A stretch of DNA of 64,000 bases from Entomortierella parvispora E1425 (taxonomy: Eukaryota; Fungi; Mortierellomycota). The translations under genes were made by a program, and so were the position numbers. The stretch covers positions 1,984,001-2,048,000 of the forward strand of contig BQFW01000007.1 of the NCBI GenBank assembly GCA_020891255.1, in the 5' to 3' direction. The notes under the pieces are model-generated. The model was not told the DNA's origin and made no database searches. It worked only from the letters and a program-made list of their open reading frames with translations. Positions 56,016 through 64,000 of this stretch are shown piece by piece; the stretch's first letter is position 1; every line of letters starts with the position of its first letter.

Positions 56016-56671
56016 GAAAAAGGGGCGATGAAGGTGAAGGTGGTGTTTGATGATGGAAAGGAGCGAGAGGAGTGGAGGCGGTGCTCCCTCGCACCGCACC
56101 ATTGGCAAAGCCTGGCCGTGTTGGATAACCATCACATGACCTCGTCCACGTGACGCCAATTTAGCTTATTTAGCTTAACCTGTTGCGGACCTTGGGCTCT
56201 TTTCCTCCCATTGGGCTGGACAGGCACATACCGGTGCTTGGACCAATCTGCAGGGTTGCCACCAACTTTATCGTTTTACATTGCATTGATATATGCGCCA
56301 TACATATTGCTTGAAGACGGCCCCTCGAAGGACTCAGTTCATTTGTTCGCCTTCGACCATTGGGCGATCATTCATCCACATCCACCCACAGCCGGCCTGC
56401 AACCACATACAGCAGACTAGCAGTGCACAGTCCGTGCGTTTCTGTGTCCAGTGAACTGTGCCTGCTTCGTCTTCCCATTGTCGCCTACTTTGTTCCCAAT
56501 CCTGTCATTCACCTTCCACCTCGTCCCATCAAGCTCGATTCCATTCCATTCCACTCCTTCCTTCCTTCCTTCCTTCTAACCCCATTCCCTTCTTCTCCCT
56601 CGCCTTCGTTGCTCCTCTGTCAGCGTCCCTTCTCCCTCCTTGTGAGCTACAACGTTGTTACACACGCTGAT

Positions 56672-59600
56672 ATGGACAAGCTGCTTCAATTGAACAAGAA
56701 GAGGTCTTCTTCCTCCAAACGCTCCTCTCCATCCGTCTCCATCTCCTTCCCTTCCCAGAATCCCCTTACCTCTCCACCGCTCCCACCGTCCTCGTCCACT
56801 ACAGTAGCCTCCTATATCCTCTATCCTTCACTTCCAGGAGGCCATTCGCCTCCCCACAGCCACTCCCCTCCATCCCTCCCCAGGTCCACTTACTTTGCAC
56901 CTCAACCACAACCTCGCTCGCCCTCATCAGAACTGGTTGATTCCCATCAGCGGCACCGCTCCTCTTGCTCTTCCTCTTCTTCTTCTTCCTCTCCCCCCAC
57001 CCCTTCCTCTTCTTCCTCTCCCTATACCCATGCCAACGGCACAGCCGAGGGTCCCACGAAACATAACAACAGAAGCAATTCCAGCAAAAAGAGCAAAGCC
57101 CCAGTAGACAGTTACCCTCGCCCCGTCATCTCTACGCACTCTACCTTTTCCTTCAAATCACTTTCCTCACCGACTCGAAAGCAATCTGGGAATCGTTCGC
57201 CATCGTCTCCAACAAAGCCGAACGTGATCACCACCTTCACGTCGGATCATCAAAGAGCTTCCATGGATCGCTCTAATACCCACGGACGGCACCCTAGTCT
57301 TCACGACAATGACGCACAATCTGTCCGGTCCCACAGGACATCGGCTTCCGGAACTGTCAGCGAAGCTGGCCGGACAGAGGCCATGTCTTTAGCGCGTCCC
57401 AGAACAGACCAAGAGATTGAGGATCGATTCGTTGACTTTATGGTAAGCAGAAAGAAGGGGGCAGCAGAGAAGGAGAGGTGCTACAAATGGGCTCTCTTCC
57501 CCTTCGTTTCCTTCAGGCCCCTGCATGCCCTGGCTGTGCGCGAACAAACATCCTTCCTTCCCAAGAAAAATGCGTCTGTGTACGAACATCGTGCGTGTGC
57601 CTTCACTGACGCCGTAATATCTCGGATGATTTCATCCTGTTTTAGAACAACATGGGAATGCATGAACCCGAGCAACGCAAGGCCATGGTAGGACTTTCTG
57701 TAGATAACAAATGGAAGCTCATTTTCCAGCACGAGTCGCAAGAGCAGACAAAGGTAAGCGCATCGTAGAGTAGAGGATTGGCGGGGGCAGTACGGAATGA
57801 ATGGTGTTCCACAAAGCATCAACTCTCTTTTTGTTTTGTTTATGATTACCTTTTAGGCTAGAAAGCGAGAAGAAGGTTTTGTCGACAAAACTTCCCCCGA
57901 ATACTTCGTGCGCAAGTTGCTGTCGGATGCCGATTTCCGGAACATGGATCCAAAGGTTTTAGTGGCCCTTTATGTCTCGCTAAAGTCGCAACCGATCTCG
58001 TAGGTGCTAGCGACTCTCTCTATTCTACGTCAACATACAACGCCAATGAACTAACATCATGTGCGTGGCCATGTTACAGCTGGGTTCGCAATTTTATCCA
58101 AAGTCGAGGTCAATTGATTCTATGCAATGCACTGTCCAGTCTCAACCATCGTCCATCAAGGTATGTACCATGTCGCGCTTTGTTGTTCTGCTCTGCGTTT
58201 CAAGCTGACATTCTCCTCTATGTCTTTATCTTTAGACGTGACGTGGATCTGACCATTGAGCACGAGATTGTCAAGTGCTTGAAGACTTTGCTCAACAACC
58301 GGTGGGGTGCGCAGGAGGCTATTCAGAATGGCGAGTGCATATCAGCCCTATGCTTTTCAATCACTTCGCCACAGCTTCAGACCCGAAAGTTGGTTGTAGA
58401 GGTGCTGACTTTTCTCTGCTACTGTGAAGTCCCAAGCGGCCACAGATTGGTGCTGGAGGGCTTGGATCAAGTGATGGACTACTGGAAGGAGAGCGCGCGA
58501 TTCGATGCTTGGATGCGAATTCTCGAAAACACTATCGATGGTCGAGGCCGCTTTGGAACAATCGTAGGGATGAGCGAAGACCTGAAAAAGGCCGGCACGC
58601 AGGATGGACAGTTGATTGAATATGTGGTATGTTCTCGAGAAAGTTACCCATCCGGTTGCTTCTTATTACTGTTCACTAAGGCATATCATAACCCACAATG
58701 TATGGCCTTTCTAGTTGTCGAATGTCGTCTTTGTCAACGCCTTGCTTCAGGTAGTGGATGACATTGAGCTGAGGGTTCATCTCCGAAGTCAACTCACGAC
58801 AAGCGGACTGACTCGAATTATTTCAGTAAGTTTGACAATTTGGAAAGCAATTTTGGCTACCTCTTCATTCGAAGGATCTTCGTCTGACGCCACCAATCCT
58901 TCCCTCGCGCCTAGAAAATGAGAAGTTTAAACCATGATTTGATCGACAGGCAGCTGAATATTTATGAAGATGAGGCTGAAAACGATTACGAGGATATGAT
59001 TGAGTTTTACAACCACAAGATCCTCCACGACATGTCAGATCCTTATGATGTCTTTCATGCGCTGTTGCGCTCTGTGGAAAGTAGTCGAGCCTACGACTTT
59101 TTCCTGTCTCTCCTGCAGCACATGTTATTGATTCGAGAAGAAGGAGACATGAGGTAAGACGCAAAAGTCAAAATGATACGCGTGCTGGTTATAATGTCAC
59201 ATACAAACTTGTAGATGTTAACTCTCCATTTTGTGGACAGGATTCGTTACTTCCAACTCATGGATGCAATCGTGACACAGGTTGTTCTGGATCGACGTGG
59301 TGTTACCGACGACTTTGATCAAAAACTTGGAATTTCAGTCAACCAATTGGTCAGTAAGCTGGTCGATCAGGACCGACTCCAGCTCGCAATTGAGGATGCT
59401 AAACAAGCGAGACATGAGCTCGAGATCGTCAGTCGGGTGAAGAATGAACTGGAGCTGGAGGTTGGACAAAAGGATGGTAAGTATTTGTCGTTTCAAAGTT
59501 TTCTTTTGATGGATGCATGCAGCAGTAGAACGGACGTTTTAGACTGACTTTGTTCAATACGACAGAGGGTATGGTGTCACAGCTCAAGGCCAACATCTTT

Positions 59601-62600
59601 TCGCTCGAGGACTTGTTGCGACTTTCTCGTCACACCATCCAGACCCTCCAAGCCAAGCTCAGTGACGTGGAGACCCAAACTGCAAACAAGCTGGCTATCC
59701 AGGATGCACAACTGAAGCATTTGTTAAAGTCCCTGAGCGATGCCAATACTTTGATGGCAGAAGCAGGCATGCCATCTGGTGTTTCCATTGGAACAGGAGG
59801 CAAAGCTGATGCTTATCCTATGATGGACAAGGACACAATTCGTCGACTGATTGAACAGACAAAGCTGGAGGGTGCAATTCTTCAGGAACGTTACGGCAAC
59901 CATTTACCTCGCACTTTGGCTGCTCCAGATCCGGCTTTGGCAAAGGATATTGAAAAGTTGAACGGATATCAGTACACTGGGCCTGCTACGCTGCCACCAG
60001 AGTTGCTCGCCAGCATTGCTAATGGTGGTCAGCTCAATGGACGGGGAGGCAAGGGGTCCAAACAAGGTACATGTTCGCGTATTCGCGTTCATATCATCTC
60101 TAATTATTTTCTTAGGGAGCTTTTATTACAGCGACTCGAAAGCTTTGCTGACGGGTGAATATCTTTTTTAGGCACTGGGAATGGAAACGGCGGTACTGCA
60201 GGTGGAATGGTTATGGATATGACTGGCTCGGGAGGGCCACCTCCCCCACCACCACCTCCAGGAGGCATCCCGCCCCCACCCCCACCACCCCCAATTGCAG
60301 GAGGCTTGGGTGGCCTTCTTGGCAACATGATTAAAAGCAATGGACTCAAGGGAACCGGTGGCAATGGAGGCGATTCTGATTCGGAAGATACCCCCGTCGG
60401 AGGCATGGCAGCTATGTTGGCAGCCAAAAAGAAGCAGCTTGGAGGAGGGACTAGCAGTCCAACTTCTTCCGCACCCTCAGCTCCAAAAGTGGGAGGCCCA
60501 CCACCACCACCCCCGCCACCACCACCAGGAGGGGCTGGGGGACCACCGCCTCCACCTCCACCTCCACCACCCCCAGGCAAAGGTGGACCACCCCCTCCAC
60601 CAGGTGGACCTCCAGGACCTGGCATGATGAATATGAATAAGAAGAAGGAAGGAGCGACGGCGGCGATCAAGCTCAAGGCATTGCAGTGGGACAAGCTTAA
60701 TTACATGGCCGTGGGCAACACTGTTTGGGGATCTGGAGGCGTGGACGAGAGTGCGCTCCAGAAGGCCCTTGGAGAAAATGGCGTGTTTGGCAGCATGGAG
60801 CAGCTATTTGTAGCCAAGGTGGCAGAGTACAAAGGTAAGACATCCACCGAGTTTCCTTTCACTCGATTTTTTGACATTTGGAGCGCGAATCTCACCACCT
60901 TATCTTTACTTAGAACCTCGGGCGTCAAAGAAACCACAGGAAATCTTAATTGTAGATCACCGCCGCGCACATCAAGTTAACATCATGCTTGGTGGTATGA
61001 AGCACACCTACCCTCAGATCCGACATGCAATCCTCCGTATGGACGAGGAGTTTATGACTTTGGTCCAGTTGAGCAATTTACTCAAATTTGTGCCTGATGC
61101 AGAGGAGGTAAACTTCTTGGAAACAAAACTCAAGTAGGGCATGCAGTAGTGAAATGTGCTTCCTAACAGGAGAATGTCTACTTATCACTAGACTGGCAAG
61201 CTGTTGGAGTACAAGGATGCATCAGAGGATGTCCTGCTGACGCTCGGAAGACCAGAGGCATTCTTTGTCGAGATGCTGAAGATTGAGCGTTACCAGCAGC
61301 GTTTGGAGGGCCTCAAGTTTAAGATGACATTCCATGCCACGTTGGACGGAGTGAATGAGGTAATGATTGCTTCCAAGGGTAAACCTAAACCCTTCTAGAT
61401 ATCTGCAATGATGGAGATATATGTTAACGACTCGCTTCTTTTTTTCCCGTTTTGTTACTTCATTATAGTCAATTGCGTCCATCACAAATGCTTCCAAGGG
61501 ATTGAAGAATGCCAAACATTTCAAAGAGCTGCTCAATTTGATCTTGATGCTCGGAAATTACATGAACGGAGCCAGTCATAACGGAGGTGCCTTTGGATTC
61601 AAGATTGCCAGTATCAATAAGGTAAGAGGATCGACTTTTAAACCACCAAGTCGTAACCACGCGTCAATTGATATGTAGACTCACAACGTACTTTTGTCTT
61701 GATTGTCCCGTAGCTGGTGGATACCAAGGCATCGAATGCTCCTAACATGACGCTTCTGCACTTCTTGAGCAACATCACCGAGACGACTTTACCCCATGTG
61801 TTGAATTACCAGACCGAAATTGGTGATTGTGGCGATGCCTGCAGAGGTAAAAAAAAAAAAAAAAGAAAAAGAAAATTGCTGCTATCCACACATTGAGACT
61901 AAACATCACACGTTGCCAACATTTCGCCCATAGTCTCCTTGCCCGAATTGAAGACGGAATTCAATCAACTCAAGACAAAGCTCATGGAGATCAAGACTGA
62001 GCTTCAAACGCACTACGTCAAAGGATACAAGAGCCACCCTGAAGATCGATTCTACCAAGTGATGCAACCGTTCATCGAAACGGCCGAACGGTCCTTCCAG
62101 CTGGCCGAGAAGGCCATGATCGACATGGAATGTCTCTACAAAGATTGCGTCAAATTCTATGGCGAGGACTCATCAGTGATGAAACCGGACGAGTTCTTTG
62201 GCATCTTCAAGACGTTCTCGACCTCGTTCGAAAAGGCCCGTGACGACAACAAGAAACAAAAGGAGAAGGAGTTCTTGCGCGAGAAGGCAAAGACGGCTGC
62301 CAAGGCTCGACAGGAACAAATGGCCGCCAAGAAGAACCGAATCCACGTGAAGGGCGAAGGTAAAACGTCATGCCAATGTTGTCCACCTTCTTCCTCCACT
62401 TTCGTCTCTCTCTCTTTAATGAAGTCTAGAATACGAAACTCACTTTTCCTCTTTTCCTCTGAATTATTTTCATCCATTAGGCTCCCACGGTTCCGAAGGC
62501 GGCGGCGATGATAAGGGTATGATGGACAGTCTGCTCGAGACACTCCGGAATGGTGGCGATAACGAAGCTTCTCGAAGGGATCGGAGGCGTGCCAAGAACC

Positions 62601-62701
62601 GAGATATGAACTCTACACCAGCCATAGCCGCCATCAAGGCCCAAGATCTACTGACATCTCTACGAGAGGATAGCACACACATCACACTATTGCACGAATA
62701 G
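56672..62701 (+). CDS. Diaphanous-related formin (GBD/FH3-FH1-FH2-DAD; Bni1/SepA-like), multi-exon
   Basis: EHEIVKCLKTLLNN..GA, TRKLVVEVLTFLC, poly-Pro FH1 at ~60230-60620, FH2 KLKALQWDKL / MLGNYMNG..GGAFGF / LLHFL, and DAD MMDSLLETLR. Confidence 0.94.
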
Positions 62702-62960
62702 ACATGATCTTCAGAGCGGAGCAAGGAGCCGTTTTGGTGACACTGAATGATGCGAACTACAAATAATGCCTCCGCAAAATAATAAAGCTGACATGCAAAG
62801 CTTTGCTTTTGAGTGAGTCCCTATCATTCATTAAGATAAAAGTACAATTTGGTGGTTCAACAAAACTAGATGTGGCAAGAGCAAGGGATGAGAGAATGTA
62901 GAAAGAAAGAGAAGTAAAACAAGAGCAGACGGGCGAGAGAAAAAAAAAAGAAAAAAAGTT

Positions 62961-64000
62961 CTACAGGGATATAGGAGAACCATCATCTGTTTTCGAATGT
63001 GACTCTTCCGCGGGCTTTGTGGTGGCTGGCGTCGATGATCCCCTCTTGCCACTTTCCCATGCTTTGCGTTCCCGCGAGAGAGTATCCTCAAGTTCCTGGA
63101 CCTGCTTCAAATAGTTCTCATTTCGGTTTGTCAACATGACCATGGTTTGATCGTATTTGCTCAAGATCTCGTGTTGACCATCTAGCGTCTCCCGCAAGGT
63201 CTGTACATCCGACTCGAGCTGCTCAATCTTGGCGCTGTCCTCTTGCCTCTGCTTAAGTCGTTCCAGTAACTCCTTCTTTTCTTCCGAGATCATGTCTCCA
63301 GCTAATGAATAGAAAGATAGCAGTTAGAAACTATGCCATAATGATCGAAAAAAAAGGGAAATAAAAAATAGAAGTGATGGCCTACCTTCTTGCTCTCGTA
63401 CAACCGCAATGTAACCGGTCAAGAGAGTATTCATCTGCTCCATATCCTCGAGCAATTTTTGGATACCCTGTTCTGCCTCCTCGGCCTTCTCCTTGTACCT
63501 GTCTCTATCTGCTTTGATCAGATCAATGTCTCCTTGCATACCAAGTCGCGTGCTTGCTTGGGTCCTCTGTGCCTGCATCAGACTGGCAGTACATTCCTCC
63601 ACAGTCTTTCTCATTTCCTGTTCATGCAGGGCTAGGATCTTTGCTAGTTCAGCCTCAGCCGATCGCTCAACCATCGCCTTTTCTTCCACCAACCGGTCAA
63701 TCTTTGACTGAAAGACCTTCTCAAACGTGCTCCTGGCAGAGTTCAGCTGTCTTAGTGCGTTGTCACGGCCCTCCAATTGATGTTCCCGCTCAACCTTGAT
63801 CTTCTCAAGTGCTGTCACCTCCTTCTTCAAAGCAACAAGTTCCATCTCGAGAGAATCTGCTCTTGATTGCTGCTCCTGTGCTTTGGTGCGATAGTCGACC
63901 AATTCCTTAGATTTGCTCTCCAGGGTCGCCGTTCGCCTGACCAAGTCGCGCTCCAATCGCTCCACTTTCTCCTCGAGATGGGTTTTGGCTTCGGTGGCCC
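62961..64000 (-). CDS. 3' part of a long coiled-coil protein entering from the right edge
   Basis: A heptad-rich E/K/L/Q ORF is open at the window edge, with one intron at ~63300-63385 and stop TAA at 62963-62961. Confidence 0.75.

Overview
Intron-rich, roughly 50% GC fungal genomic DNA. The gene style and the presence of a fucose-salvage FPGT suggest an early-diverging fungus, most likely Mortierellaceae/Mucoromycota (inference). About 18 host genes are present: a probable ATG9 C-terminus, an LRR protein with a BC-box/Cys C-terminal module, a PD-(D/E)XK-like protein, NatB subunit NAA25/MDM20, CBP80, an intronless SAM methyltransferase, a His-rich disordered protein, FPGT, a glutaminase-less Asn-synthase-like protein, prolyl oligopeptidase, transgelin, a LYR protein, sphingosine kinase, an NCS2 purine permease, a membrane protein, an SR protein, a formin and a coiled-coil protein. 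There is also one tRNA-Arg(ACG) gene. The main accessory structure is a 10.76-kb nested pair of very young Ty3/Gypsy retrotransposons. The outer non-chromoviral element (30827-41584) has identical 308-bp LTRs, a 4-bp TSD ACAT and a single Gag-Pol ORF. Its PBS is exactly complementary to the tRNA-Arg(ACG) encoded 7 kb downstream in this window. It is interrupted inside its integrase by a chromovirus (35806-40874) with identical 111-bp LTRs, a 5-bp TSD AGTTG, an extended bipartite tRNA-iMet PBS and a -1 frameshift cassette. Exon boundaries were read by eye and gene spans are approximate.
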